Of a stretch of 64,000 nt of DNA, positions 25,634-34,943 are shown one piece after another (position 1 is the first letter of the stretch; each line of letters begins with the position of its first letter). The notes beneath the pieces were generated by a model. That model was not told the origin of the DNA and did not search any database. It was given only the letters and a program-made list of their open reading frames with translations. A program made the translations under genes and the position numbers. Origin of the DNA: an uncultured Candidatus Saccharibacteria bacterium (lineage in GTDB: Bacteria > Patescibacteriota > Minisyncoccia > UBA6257 > 02-FULL-45-10c). Location: contig CAYHBW010000002.1 of the NCBI GenBank assembly GCA_964355085.1, forward strand, positions 6-64,005, given 5' to 3'.

Positions 25634-27184
25634 ATGAAAATACTGAATTTCATCCTAAAGCACTGGATTTTAAGCTCGGCGATTCTTTTGATCTTAGCGG
25701 CAGTTTCTTTTTATATCGCCGGCCGGAATTCTTCCTCTGTTTATAATACAGTCATCGCGGACCGCGGGAATATCCGGCAGGAAGTGAGCGTTACCGGGAA
25801 AATTAAACCTGTCAGCGCAGCAGATCTGGCATTTGAGAAAACCGGAAAAGTCAGCCGGATCTATGCGGAAGTCGGAGATAAGATTCCGGCCGGAAAGATT
25901 CTTGCCGAGTTGGATCGTAGTGAACTTCTGACCCAGCTGGCGGAGGCCCGTGCTAATTTTGAAGCGCAGGCCGCCAAGCTTACAGAATTGAGGAACGGAA
26001 CGCGTCCGGAAGAAATTCAGATCCAGGAAGTGAAAGTTTCTAACGCGGAAACGGCGCTTGCTGACGCCAGGCAATATCTTATCGATAAAATAAATGAGTC
26101 TTATACGAAATCCGATGACGCGATCAGAAATACGGCTGATCAGTTTTTCAACAGCCCCCGCAGTTCCAATCCCCAGTTGAGCTTCAGTCCGTCCGATGGG
26201 ATTCTGAAGTCAAAACTGGAGAACGACCGGGCCAATCTGGAATCTCTGCTGGTAAGCTGGAACGACGGTCTCAAGGATCTGAATCTCGGTTCCGATCTGA
26301 ATTCTTTCGCTTCTTCTGCGAATTACAATCTCAATCAGGTCAAGGACTTCATGAAGAACGCGGCTTTGGTCGTAAATGTTCTTACTCCGAATTCCAATCT
26401 CACGCAGACAACGATCGATTCCTGGAAATCCGGAGTTTCCGCCGCCAGGACGGCCGTGAACACCGGTTTGGCGAATCTTTCCGCCGCCCTTGAGAAAATG
26501 CGATCAGCGCAGTCATCTTTGGATCTTGAAAAAAATCAGCTTCTTCTTAAAAAAGCCGGATCTACGCAGGAAACCATTTCCGCGCAGGAGGCCCAGATAA
26601 GCCAGGCCTCGGCGAAAGTTGAGAATATCCAGGCGCAGATAGAAAAGACTTTTTTGCGCTCGCCGGTATCCGGAACCGTAGTGAGGCAGGACGCGAAGGT
26701 GGGAGAGGTTGTTTCCGGAAATCTGAACGTCATTTCCGTAATTTCTGAAGACAATCTGAAAATTGAGGCGAATATCCCGGAAGTTGATATCGGAAAGATA
26801 AAAACCGGAGATCCGGCGACTGTCGCTTTGGATGCTTTTCCCGGAGAATATTTTTCCGGCAAGGTTTCCTATATTGATCCGGGGGAGACCGTAATCGAGG
26901 GAGTTACCACCTACAAGGTCACCATGTATTTTGATTCGGAGGACGTCCGCATCCGTTCCGGCATGACCGCGGACATCGATATTCTGACTGCGGAAAAAAG
27001 CGATGTCATTGTCATACCGCAAAGAGCCGTCATAGTGAAAAACGGCGACCGATCGGTGTCCTTGCTTTCCGGTAAGACTGTCCGTGAAGTTTCAGTTGAA
27101 ACAGGAATCAGGAGTTTTGAAGGCATGGTTGAGATAACAAGCGGATTGTCCGGCGGGGAAGAGGTGATTGTGTCGGTCAAATAA
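25634..27184 (+). CDS. HlyD/MacA-family periplasmic adaptor (membrane fusion protein) of an ABC efflux system.
   Basis: An N-terminal TM anchor is followed by a biotin-lipoyl-like domain, a long coiled coil (ELLTQLAEARANFEAQAAKLTELRNG) and a beta-barrel C-terminus. The gene lies upstream of the ABC ATPase and permease. Confidence 0.8.
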   Translation: MKILNFILKHWILSSAILLILAAVSFYIAGRNSSSVYNTVIADRGNIRQEVSVTGKIKPVSAADLAFEKTGKVSRIYAEVGDKIPAGKILAELDRSELLTQLAEARANFEAQAAKLTELRNGTRPEEIQIQEVKVSNAETALADARQYLIDKINESYTKSDDAIRNTADQFFNSPRSSNPQLSFSPSDGILKSKLENDRANLESLLVSWNDGLKDLNLGSDLNSFASSANYNLNQVKDFMKNAALVVNVLTPNSNLTQTTIDSWKSGVSAARTAVNTGLANLSAALEKMRSAQSSLDLEKNQLLLKKAGSTQETISAQEAQISQASAKVENIQAQIEKTFLRSPVSGTVVRQDAKVGEVVSGNLNVISVISEDNLKIEANIPEVDIGKIKTGDPATVALDAFPGEYFSGKVSYIDPGETVIEGVTTYKVTMYFDSEDVRIRSGMTADIDILTAEKSDVIVIPQRAVIVKNGDRSVSLLSGKTVREVSVETGIRSFEGMVEITSGLSGGEEVIVSVK

Positions 27185-27188
27185 AAAG

Positions 27189-27908
27189 ATGGCATTAATA
27201 GAAATCCGGGGTCTCAAGAAAATTTATCAGGACGGCGATGCCCAGACTGTCGCATTGGGCGGACTTGATTTCAGCGTGGAAGAGGGGGAATTTTTGGCGA
27301 TAATGGGTCCTTCCGGATCCGGCAAGTCCACGCTGATGCATATTCTCGGTTTTTTGGACGAACCGACTTCGGGCAATTATTTTTTGGACGGCAAGGATAT
27401 AACCGAGTTCGATAAAGAGGAGATTGCGAGGATGCGCAATAAGCGGTTCGGTTTCATTTTCCAGTCTTTCAACCTTCTTCCCCGTACGACGGTGTTGGAG
27501 AACGTCAAACTACCGCTTATTTATTCCGGAATAGATGAAGGAAGTTGGGACGAGCTTGCAAAAGCGGCGATAGAGTCCGTCGGGATGTCGCACCGCATCA
27601 ACCATGAGCCGTCCGAACTTTCCGGAGGGGAGAAGCAGAGAGTCGCCATCGCCCGCGCCCTGGTTACCGATCCCAAGATAATTTTTGCCGACGAGCCGAC
27701 AGGAAATCTTGATTCGAAATCCGGTCAGGTGGTAATGGAAATAATCCAGAATCTGAATGAGAAGCAGGGTCGGACGGTTTTTCTCGTCACTCATGAGACT
27801 TATACGGCCGAGCACGCAAAAAGAATATTGCGTCTTCATGATGGGCTCATAATCAGCGACCAAAAGGTGAGTAATAACCACAGGCAGGCGAGTAATTTCA
27901 TAAAATGA
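27189..27908 (+). CDS. ABC transporter ATP-binding protein, MacB/LolD-like.
   Basis: Walker A is GPSGSGKST, the signature is [15 protein letters not shown], and Walker B is [12 protein letters not shown]. The ATG at 27189 is chosen as start; the ORF track uses a TTG at 27168. Confidence 0.9.
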   Translation: MALIEIRGLKKIYQDGDAQTVALGGLDFSVEEGEFLAIMGPSGSGKSTLMHILGFLDEPTSGNYFLDGKDITEFDKEEIARMRNKRFGFIFQSFNLLPRTTVLENVKLPLIYSGIDEGSWDELAKAAIESVGMSHRINHEPSELSGGEKQRVAIARALVTDPKIIFADEPTGNLDSKSGQVVMEIIQNLNEKQGRTVFLVTHETYTAEHAKRILRLHDGLIISDQKVSNNHRQASNFIK

Positions 27909-27909
27909 C

Positions 27910-29154
27910 ATGTATCTGAAGTATGGAATAAAAATCGCAGTCCGCAGTCTGGCCGTGAACAAATCCCGGGCCTTTTTAACGATTCTTGGAATCGTGATCG
28001 GCATCACCGCAATCATGCTCATCATGTCGATCGGAGATGGAGCGGAAAATCTCATACTCGGACAGATCCAGGGAATGGGAGCGGACATGGTAGTCATACG
28101 TCCGGGACAGGAACCTAAAGGACCCAGCGATATCGGCAGCACTCTTTTCGCGGATTCATTGCGAACTACGGACATCGCGCTTCTTAAGCGGAAGGAAAAT
28201 GTCCCGCATCTTTCGAAGATCGCTCCGGCGGTGATAGTTCCGGGAAGCGTTTCCTACAAGAATGAAACTTATCGGCCGACGACTTTCGGCTGGTCTGCGG
28301 AATTCATGCAGGAGATATTCAAAGTTTATCCTTCGGAAGGATCTTTATTCACGCAGACTGATATCGACGCCAAGGCGAGCGTGGCGGTCATAGGAGACAA
28401 GGTCAAGCGGGAGCTTTTCGGATTGAGTAGCCCGATTGGAGAAAGCATCCGCATCAAAAATAAGAATTTCCGGGTTGTTGGCGTGTTGGAATCAAAAGGC
28501 CAGGTTTCCTTTTTCAATATGGACGATATGGTGGTTGTGCCGTACAGTTCGGCGCAGACATATCTTCTTGGAACGGATTATTATCACGAAGTCATGGTTC
28601 TGGTGGATGAGTCGCAGTATGTGGATGAGACCATAAAAGATATCGAGAGGACTCTTCGGGATGCGCATGACATCGTTGATCCGTCCAAAGACGATTTCTT
28701 CGTCGTTTCCCAGGCCGCCGCGCTCGATCAGATAAGCACGATTCTGAACGCTCTTACGATATTTTTGACTTCAGTTGTGGCGATTTCCCTGGTGGTCGGA
28801 GGCGTGGGCGTCATGAACATAATGCTCGTATCCGTGACCGAGCGGACGAGGGAAATCGGACTTCGGAAGGCGCTTGGGGCGACGGAGAAAGATATCCGCA
28901 ATCAGTTTCTTTTCGAGGCCATAATCCTGACCGGCACGGGCGGAATCATCGGAATAATATTGGGCGCTTTCCTTTCTTTTGTGGCGTCCATAGCCCTAAC
29001 TGAATTCGCGGCGCTGGATTGGAAATTCACTTTTCCGATTTCCGCGGCGCTTCTCGGCATCGGGGTATCTGCCGGAGTAGGATTGCTTTTCGGAATTTAT
29101 CCGGCCAGCCAGGCCGCCAAAAAAAATCCAATAGAAGCTCTTCGTTACGAATAA
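27910..29154 (+). CDS. ABC transporter permease of the FtsX/MacB permease family.
   Basis: The MacB-like periplasmic domain sits between TM1 and TM2. A C-terminal FtsX domain is present. The gene is adjacent to the ATPase gene. Confidence 0.85.
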   Translation: MYLKYGIKIAVRSLAVNKSRAFLTILGIVIGITAIMLIMSIGDGAENLILGQIQGMGADMVVIRPGQEPKGPSDIGSTLFADSLRTTDIALLKRKENVPHLSKIAPAVIVPGSVSYKNETYRPTTFGWSAEFMQEIFKVYPSEGSLFTQTDIDAKASVAVIGDKVKRELFGLSSPIGESIRIKNKNFRVVGVLESKGQVSFFNMDDMVVVPYSSAQTYLLGTDYYHEVMVLVDESQYVDETIKDIERTLRDAHDIVDPSKDDFFVVSQAAALDQISTILNALTIFLTSVVAISLVVGGVGVMNIMLVSVTERTREIGLRKALGATEKDIRNQFLFEAIILTGTGGIIGIILGAFLSFVASIALTEFAALDWKFTFPISAALLGIGVSAGVGLLFGIYPASQAAKKNPIEALRYE

Positions 29155-29286
29155 AATTAAATCCGACTTGCCCCGTTAGATACGTAAGTTATCTAATGGG
29201 GTTGAGGCTCTGCGGTATGAGTAATTTTTTGCTATAATGATATGAAAGGCGGATGTCGGTCCGTCTAAATATAAATAATAATTAAA

Positions 29287-30141
29287 ATGAATTACAAACT
29301 TATCGCCGCCTCGACGCTTCTGGTGCTTCAGGCGACAACCGCTTTCGGCGCTTTGGAGCCGTTGCCGGAATCTGGACTCACTCCGGACAGCCCGTTTTAT
29401 TTCGTGAAGGCCTGGAGAGAGCAGATCCAGAGCTTCCTGACTTTCGGAGCGGAGAATAAAGCCAAGCAGTTCCTGCATCTGGCCGAAGTCCGTTTGGCAG
29501 AATATAAGAAAATGGCGGAAGCAGGAAAAGATGAATTATCCCAGAGAACATTGGATAAATTCAACGCGCATCTTGAAAGAGCGCTTGAGAAAATTTCCGA
29601 AGTGAAAAAAGAGAAAAAAGAATCCAAGGATTTGGAAGATCGGATTGAAAGAGCAAGATTGAGCCATGTCGATGTCCTGAAGGCGAATCTCGCAAAAGTT
29701 CCGGAGCAGGCGCGTAAGGGATTAGAAAGAGCTATCGAGAATTCTCAAAGAGCTCTGGATGTCGATAAAGCTGAAAAAGAACTTGAAGATGAAAGCGCTG
29801 ATCCTGAAGGAGATGAAGTAACTTTCAAGCTCCTTGAAGGAAATGCATCCGGAATGTCCGGAGTCGCGATGCTTGAATCCGAAGGAACGAAAACAAAAGT
29901 CAAAGTCCGTCTTGTTGGCGCTCCGCGCGGAGTCGCTCAACCGGCGCATATCCATATCGGCGCTTGTCCGAATGTTGGTGCGGTGAGATATGCCCTGACG
30001 AATCTTATGGGTGGAAAGTCGGAGACTGTCCTGGATGTTTCCATAGAGACACTGAAAACAGAATTGCCGCTTGGTCTTAACGTCCATAAATCCGCCAACG
30101 AGGCAGGAGTTTATGTGGCTTGCGGAAATCTGGCTTTTTAA
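29287..30141 (+). CDS. Secreted DUF5667-domain protein with a C-terminal CHRD-like beta domain.
   Basis: A signal peptide is present. PDSPFYFVKAWREQIQ is the DUF5667 hallmark. The region HIHIGAC...VACGNL is CHRD-like. Confidence 0.55.
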   Translation: MNYKLIAASTLLVLQATTAFGALEPLPESGLTPDSPFYFVKAWREQIQSFLTFGAENKAKQFLHLAEVRLAEYKKMAEAGKDELSQRTLDKFNAHLERALEKISEVKKEKKESKDLEDRIERARLSHVDVLKANLAKVPEQARKGLERAIENSQRALDVDKAEKELEDESADPEGDEVTFKLLEGNASGMSGVAMLESEGTKTKVKVRLVGAPRGVAQPAHIHIGACPNVGAVRYALTNLMGGKSETVLDVSIETLKTELPLGLNVHKSANEAGVYVACGNLAF

Positions 30142-30158
30142 GCTGGAGAGTTTTTTAG

Positions 30159-30186
30159 AAAAAAGCCCGTAAGGGCTTTTTTTTAC
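30159..30186 (+). terminator. Intrinsic terminator.
   Basis: aaaaaagccc-gtaa-gggc is followed by TTTTTTTT. Confidence 0.85.
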
Positions 30187-30227
30187 TCTGTCATTCCCGA
30201 GAAATCGGGAATCCAGTAAAATGAATT

Positions 30228-31301
30228 ATGCGCATTATTGCTCACTTAGACATGGACGCCTTCTTCGCTTCAGTGGAAGAGCGGGAGAAGCCGCGGCTTA
30301 AGGGATTGCCAATCGTTGTCGGGGCGGATCCCGTCGAGGGTAAGGGGAGGGGCGTGGTTTCTACCGCCAATTATAAGGCGAGAGAGTATGGGATAAGATC
30401 GGCTATGCCGATATCCCAGGCCTGGCAATTATCGGAAAACGCGAAAAAATCCGGAAAACCGCCGGCGGTTTTCATCGGCGGAAATTTCAATATTTACGGA
30501 AAGGTATCCGATGAAGTGATGGCGATTGTCCGCAAGCGCGTTCCGCATGTCGAGCAGGCAAGTGTCGATGAGGCATATCTGGATTTGAGTTTTACCGGCT
30601 CATATGAAGAAGCGGAAAAGCTTTGCCTGAAAATAAAAAATGAAATCAAAAAGAAAGAAAAAGTGACCTGCTCGATCGGACTTGGTCCGAACAAATTGAT
30701 TGCAAAGATTGCCGTTGATATGAAAAAACCGGACGGCTTGACCGTTGTCCGGGAATCCGAAGCGGAAAAATTTCTTGAGCCGCTGGCAATCCGCAAGATT
30801 CCCGGAGTCGGACCGAAGGCCGAAGAAATTTTCCGGAAATTGAATATCAAAACCATAAAAGACGCGAAAAAACTTTCGCAGGGCGATTTGTATGATCTGA
30901 TGGGCGAGTGGGGATTGGAGTTGTATGAAAAATTGCGCGGACGGGATAGCGGCGAAATTATTGAAGAGCATGAGGTGAAATCAATCGGCGGACAGGAAAC
31001 TTTTATGGAGGACACAAAAGATTTTTCTCAAATTAATGAGCGACTTGGAGCTCTTTGCGAAGACATTATTTCCCGTCTCAAAACCAGTGAATTCAAATCA
31101 TATAAGGCCGTCGCTATTACCGTCCGATTTGATGATTTTGAAACAAAAACCCGCTCCCATACCCTGGTTGAATCTGCGGCTGACGGAAAAATACTTTACT
31201 TTGAAGCGCTGAAGCTGCTTTCTCCGTTTCTGGATAAGCGGGAAAATTCTAAGAATAAACTCATCCGCCTCATCGGTGTCCGAATAGAAAAACTGCTATA
31301 A
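30228..31301 (+). CDS. dinB: DNA polymerase IV (Y-family translesion polymerase).
   Basis: MRIIAHLDMDAFFASVEE...VVSTANYKAREYGIRSAMP matches DinB/UmuC. The overall architecture also matches. Confidence 0.9.
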   Translation: MRIIAHLDMDAFFASVEEREKPRLKGLPIVVGADPVEGKGRGVVSTANYKAREYGIRSAMPISQAWQLSENAKKSGKPPAVFIGGNFNIYGKVSDEVMAIVRKRVPHVEQASVDEAYLDLSFTGSYEEAEKLCLKIKNEIKKKEKVTCSIGLGPNKLIAKIAVDMKKPDGLTVVRESEAEKFLEPLAIRKIPGVGPKAEEIFRKLNIKTIKDAKKLSQGDLYDLMGEWGLELYEKLRGRDSGEIIEEHEVKSIGGQETFMEDTKDFSQINERLGALCEDIISRLKTSEFKSYKAVAITVRFDDFETKTRSHTLVESAADGKILYFEALKLLSPFLDKRENSKNKLIRLIGVRIEKLL

Positions 31302-31308
31302 TTCATAT

Positions 31309-31770
31309 ATGAAAATAAATTATCTGGTTATTCCGCTGATTACAATCTTCATTTCTGTTTTCGGAAACTGGCTAACTTCCGGAGGAATGGATTGGTATCG
31401 GACGATAAATCTTCCCGAGTGGACTCCGCCCGGCTCTTTCATCGGCGCAATGTGGACGGTAATTTATATCCTGACTGCGATTTCCGCCGTAATTGTCTGG
31501 AATACTTTTCCAAGAGATGGCAGATTTTCTGCGATTCTATGGTTGTTTCTCGCGAACGCTTTTTTGAATGTTCTTTGGAGCTATATTTTTTTCAATCAGC
31601 ATCTGATCGGTTGGGCGACTTTGGAAGCCGTACTGCTCGCATTGTCGGTATTCGGCCTTATTTTCCTGATCTGGCCGATTTCCAGAATTACGGCATCGCT
31701 TTTATTCCTGTATGCCGGTTGGGCAAGTTTTGCGACCTATGTTTCTTATTCAGTCTGGTTATTGAACTGA
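31309..31770 (+). CDS. tspO: TspO/MBR family tryptophan-rich sensory protein.
   Basis: Five TM helices are present, and the pattern WYRTINLPEWTPPGSFIGAMW matches the family. Confidence 0.85.
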   Translation: MKINYLVIPLITIFISVFGNWLTSGGMDWYRTINLPEWTPPGSFIGAMWTVIYILTAISAVIVWNTFPRDGRFSAILWLFLANAFLNVLWSYIFFNQHLIGWATLEAVLLALSVFGLIFLIWPISRITASLLFLYAGWASFATYVSYSVWLLN

Positions 31771-32234
31771 TGATTATCCGAAATGCGAAAAAATCTGATC
31801 TGGATGGAATAATGAAACTTCTTGAAGAGATGGTTATTTATCATAAAAAGCTGGACGGATACTATAAATCGTTTTCGAAATATTCCGGTTTGCGGGAAGA
31901 GGCCGAGTCCTGGCTTTCCAATAAAGATATGAAGGTTCTGGTCGCGGAAGATATGGGCGGACTTGTCGGTTACGCGCAGGTTAGTGTTGAAGATGCTCCG
32001 ACCTATGCTTCTGTCAAAAAAATCGGAGCGGTTTACGACATGTTCATAAGCGAACCATACCGCCGCAAGGGGATTGCGGAGCAGATGTTTTCCGAAGTCA
32101 TGGATTGGTTCAGTTCTAAAAAAATCAGACACATTGAATTGAGCGTTGATTCCCGGAATATTGCCGGCGTAAAATATTGGGAATCACTCGGATTTTTTCC
32201 GTATAAGTTCCGGATGCGTAAAGATTTGCAGTAA
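31770..32234 (+). CDS. GNAT family N-acetyltransferase.
   Basis: The acetyl-CoA motif is YRRKGIAEQMF. The ATG at 31770 overlaps the tspO stop by 1 nt, and the ORF is in frame with the supplied 31392..32234 ORF. Confidence 0.75.
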   Translation: MIIRNAKKSDLDGIMKLLEEMVIYHKKLDGYYKSFSKYSGLREEAESWLSNKDMKVLVAEDMGGLVGYAQVSVEDAPTYASVKKIGAVYDMFISEPYRRKGIAEQMFSEVMDWFSSKKIRHIELSVDSRNIAGVKYWESLGFFPYKFRMRKDLQ

Positions 32235-32253
32235 TTATTAATATTACAAACCG

Positions 32254-32302
32254 CGTTACTCTACAATATGACGACCGTCATATTGTAGAGTAATGATTTT
32301 TG
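32254..32302 (+). terminator. Intrinsic terminator formed by an 18-bp perfect inverted repeat (ttactctacaatatgacg / cgtcatattgtagagtaa) followed by a T-run.
   Basis: Seen directly. The arms are 32256-32273 and 32276-32293, and TGATTTTTGGG follows. Confidence 0.75.
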
Positions 32303-32452
32303 GGTGAAATATCATATATTTTTGTAACAGATTTTCTGTGCTGCGTTATATTTAATCGAGAGAATCAAAAACTCATAACTTCTCCGGATATTTTCGCGCA
32401 AAATATTTCCGGAAAAGGGTCATAATATAAAGCAATCTCAATTCAGTCAGAA

Positions 32453-32500
32453 ATGGCAAAGAAAAAGATCAAATCTAAGGCTAAGCGGAAATCCCGTTAG
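32453..32500 (+). CDS. Tiny 15-codon, highly basic ORF (MAKKKIKSKAKRKSR) lying between a -10-like box and a strong terminator. It is either a micropeptide or part of a small RNA.
   Basis: cataatat at about 32421 resembles a -10 box. The ORF is followed at 32509 by a 10-bp GC-rich hairpin and a T-run. Confidence 0.25.
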   Translation: MAKKKIKSKAKRKSR

Positions 32501-32508
32501 TAATTTGT

Positions 32509-32541
32509 AAAATCCCCCGACGGCCGTCGGGGGATTTTATT
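32509..32541 (+). terminator. Intrinsic terminator (atcccccgac-ggcc-gtcgggggat followed by TTTATTTGG).
   Basis: A perfect 10-bp GC-rich stem. Confidence 0.8.
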
Positions 32542-32610
32542 TGGTGTATTTGTGTCATCCCGGCCTACGAGCCGGGATCCAGGCAGGAATTATTATGTTA
32601 GAATAATTTT

Positions 32611-32985
32611 ATGAACGAAGATGAAATGAAATCCAAATTAGCCCCTGAACAGTATAAAGTGATGCGCGAAAAAGGCACAGAGGCGCCTTTTACCGGTAAG
32701 TATGTAAATGAACATAGTGCCGGAGTTTATAAGTGCGCCGCCTGTGGAAATGAGCTTTTCTCGTCTGATACGAAATTTGATTCCGGAACCGGATGGCCAA
32801 GCTTCACAGACCCGGTGAATCTGAAAAATATCGAACTAAAAGAGGATAATGATATGGGAATGCGTCGGACGGAAGTCGTTTGCAAGAATTGCGGATCGCA
32901 TCTCGGACATGTTTTCGACGACGGCCCAGTCGGCAAAAAGCGATATTGCATCAATTCAGTCTGTCTTGAATTGCAAAAATCTTGA
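32611..32985 (+). CDS. msrB: Peptide-methionine (R)-S-oxide reductase MsrB.
   Basis: Zn-binding CxxC pairs (CAACGNELF and CKNCGSHLGHVF) and the SelR fold signature GWPSF. Confidence 0.9.
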   Translation: MNEDEMKSKLAPEQYKVMREKGTEAPFTGKYVNEHSAGVYKCAACGNELFSSDTKFDSGTGWPSFTDPVNLKNIELKEDNDMGMRRTEVVCKNCGSHLGHVFDDGPVGKKRYCINSVCLELQKS

Positions 32986-33027
32986 ATGATTGATTTTATA
33001 ATTTAAAATTTTAATTTTTTTAATCTT

Positions 33028-33285
33028 ATGTTATTGGAATTCTACGGAAAAGAATGCGAGCATTGCGTGAATATGGATCCGCTTGTCCGCAAATTGGAAA
33101 AAGAGGAAGGGATCAAGTTTGATCGTTTCGAGGTCTGGCATCATCCGGACAATGCGAAGAAAATGGAGACCTATGATAAGGGTCGCTGCGGGGGAGTGCC
33201 GTTTTATATAAATACTGATACCGACAAATTCATCTGCGGAGAAGATTCTTACGGGGCGCTGAAAGATCTTGCTCAAGGCAAGTAG
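33028..33285 (+). CDS. Small thioredoxin-fold protein with a CxxC motif.
   Basis: An 85-aa protein. The CEHC motif precedes a beta-strand, and the layout is thioredoxin-like. Confidence 0.65.
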   Translation: MLLEFYGKECEHCVNMDPLVRKLEKEEGIKFDRFEVWHHPDNAKKMETYDKGRCGGVPFYINTDTDKFICGEDSYGALKDLAQGK

Positions 33286-33286
33286 T

Positions 33287-33302
33287 CTGTCAATTTTTAC
33301 AG
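33287..33302. promoter_or_regulatory. Candidate LexA operator, CTGT-N8-ACAG (CTGTcaatttttACAG), 42 bp upstream of lexA.
   Basis: The spacing matches the E. coli-type SOS box exactly, and it is positioned in the lexA promoter region. Confidence 0.4.
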
Positions 33303-33343
33303 TGAAACTTAAATTTCCATAATAAATATGGTATACTTATGTT

Positions 33344-33997
33344 ATGCATAAAACTCAAGAACAATTATTAAAAGTGGCGCAGGAAAAGAATCTCGGGCAA
33401 TTTACGCTTCGGGAGATAGGATCTTTTATCGGAGAGCTGTCTCCGCAGAAGGTCAAGCATCATCTGCTTCAGCTCCAGTCAAAGGGTTTGATTAAAATCG
33501 ACAAAGCCAAAGGAATGATTGAAAAGACAAAGCATGAGTGGGAAATGATGTCCGGAAATGCAAAGCTGATCTCCATACCGATTCTCGGCGCAGGCAATGC
33601 CGGTCCGGCGACGATTTTTGCCGAGACCAATATTGAGGGATTTCTCAAGATTTCCAGTTCTTTGCTTGAGCCGTCAAAGGTCAAGGAGCACCGGCTATTC
33701 GCTTTAAAAGTTGTCGGCCCATCCATGAATCGGGCGAAAATCAAGGATAAATACATCGAGGATGGGGATTATGTGATTGTGGACGCGGATGATAAGAGCG
33801 TGAAAAACGGCGACGTAGTGCTTTCCATCATCGACGGCATGGCCAATATTAAGAAGTTTTTCATGGACCGTCAGAATCAGCAGGTGGTGCTTATGTCCGA
33901 ATCAACCAAGGATTTCCCGCCTATCTATATCCACGCAGCTGACAATTTCATGATCAACGGCAAAGTCGTCCAGGTGATCAAAAAACCGAAGTTTTAA
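33344..33997 (+). CDS. lexA: LexA-like transcriptional repressor (wHTH domain plus S24 peptidase domain).
   Basis: An Ala-Gly cleavage site lies in ILGAGNAGPA. The catalytic Ser is in VVGPSMNRAK and the Lys is in ANIKKF, in an S24 fold. Confidence 0.8.
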   Translation: MHKTQEQLLKVAQEKNLGQFTLREIGSFIGELSPQKVKHHLLQLQSKGLIKIDKAKGMIEKTKHEWEMMSGNAKLISIPILGAGNAGPATIFAETNIEGFLKISSSLLEPSKVKEHRLFALKVVGPSMNRAKIKDKYIEDGDYVIVDADDKSVKNGDVVLSIIDGMANIKKFFMDRQNQQVVLMSESTKDFPPIYIHAADNFMINGKVVQVIKKPKF

Positions 33998-34001
33998 TTA
34001 T

Positions 34002-34535
34002 ATGGATTTAACAAAAATAATCGGCGACTATCCGCTTTTCGTTTCCACGCTCTTAACCTGCCTTGATAAGGCCGGAATAAAATATGACGGATTTCAGATC
34101 GATCACCTGTGTTATCGGACTGAAACGCAGGAAGGGTATGAAATGATGAAAGACAATTTGAGAGCTGTCAGTTCCGGTTTTCTGGAAAATATTCATAATG
34201 GCCGGCAGATTTCAAAGTTTCTCCTGAAAGATCCGTTATCCGTCAGGGGATATAAGATACCATTGATAGAATTACCGGCTCCTAAAGCGGGGCGGTTTTA
34301 TGAATCAGGATTGGATCATTTCGAAATGGCTGTCGGGGAGGGATTTGCCGATTTTGCGGAGAAATACAGGAATCTGTGGACCGGAGCTGATGACGGCGGA
34401 GTGCGCAATCAGACTGTTTCCATCACTTTTGATAATTGGAAGACCGCCAAATTTCATAAGCTTCCGCTTGTGGAAATCTTGAAAATCGAAGGACATGAGT
34501 TTAAAGCCCCGACCAAAGTCGGGGAGCCGACTTAG
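34002..34535 (+). CDS. Hypothetical protein, possibly a VOC/glyoxalase-like metalloenzyme fold.
   Basis: His/Glu-containing motifs are present (DHLCYRTETQEGYE, GLDHFEMAV). The assignment is weak. Confidence 0.4.
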   Translation: MDLTKIIGDYPLFVSTLLTCLDKAGIKYDGFQIDHLCYRTETQEGYEMMKDNLRAVSSGFLENIHNGRQISKFLLKDPLSVRGYKIPLIELPAPKAGRFYESGLDHFEMAVGEGFADFAEKYRNLWTGADDGGVRNQTVSITFDNWKTAKFHKLPLVEILKIEGHEFKAPTKVGEPT

Positions 34536-34562
34536 GTCGGCTTAAAATGTTAAAATACTGAA

Positions 34563-34943
34563 ATGACGGCAAAAGATATTTTCAGATGGATCGGTGTGAT
34601 TTCCCTGCTTTTTTTGTTGATTGGAACATTTATTTCAGCTTTGATAATAATATCGACGTTGTTTTCCGGAAATCTCGGAAAAGTTGTCGTGGGTATAATC
34701 TTTTTTGCGTACGTTCTGTTTTTCTCTTACTCAGCTTCGTTACTGGCTTTTTGGGCCTCATATTGGGATATTCCGAGATGGGTTAATTCTATGCTGATTA
34801 TATCGGTTTCGTGCGGATTTCTGGCATCTTTAGTCTTGATACCTTTGGCGATAAATGCCGATTCAGCCAAGATATTTTTATCAATTCCACCCATTTTATT
34901 TGCTGTTTCAATCTATCGCTTTTTTAAAAAAAGAAGAGTCTAA
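34563..34943 (+). CDS. Hypothetical four-TM membrane protein.
   Basis: Hydrophobic helices are present. No family was recognised. Confidence 0.5.
   Translation: MTAKDIFRWIGVISLLFLLIGTFISALIIISTLFSGNLGKVVVGIIFFAYVLFFSYSASLLAFWASYWDIPRWVNSMLIISVSCGFLASLVLIPLAINADSAKIFLSIPPILFAVSIYRFFKKRRV

Noticed and set aside
30192-30211. attcccga-gaaa-tcgggaat inverted repeat upstream of dinB as a LexA box.
   Set aside because: It does not match the CTGT-N8-ACAG motif found at lexA, nor the Gram-positive GAAC-N4-GTTC consensus. It could be an unrelated hairpin.
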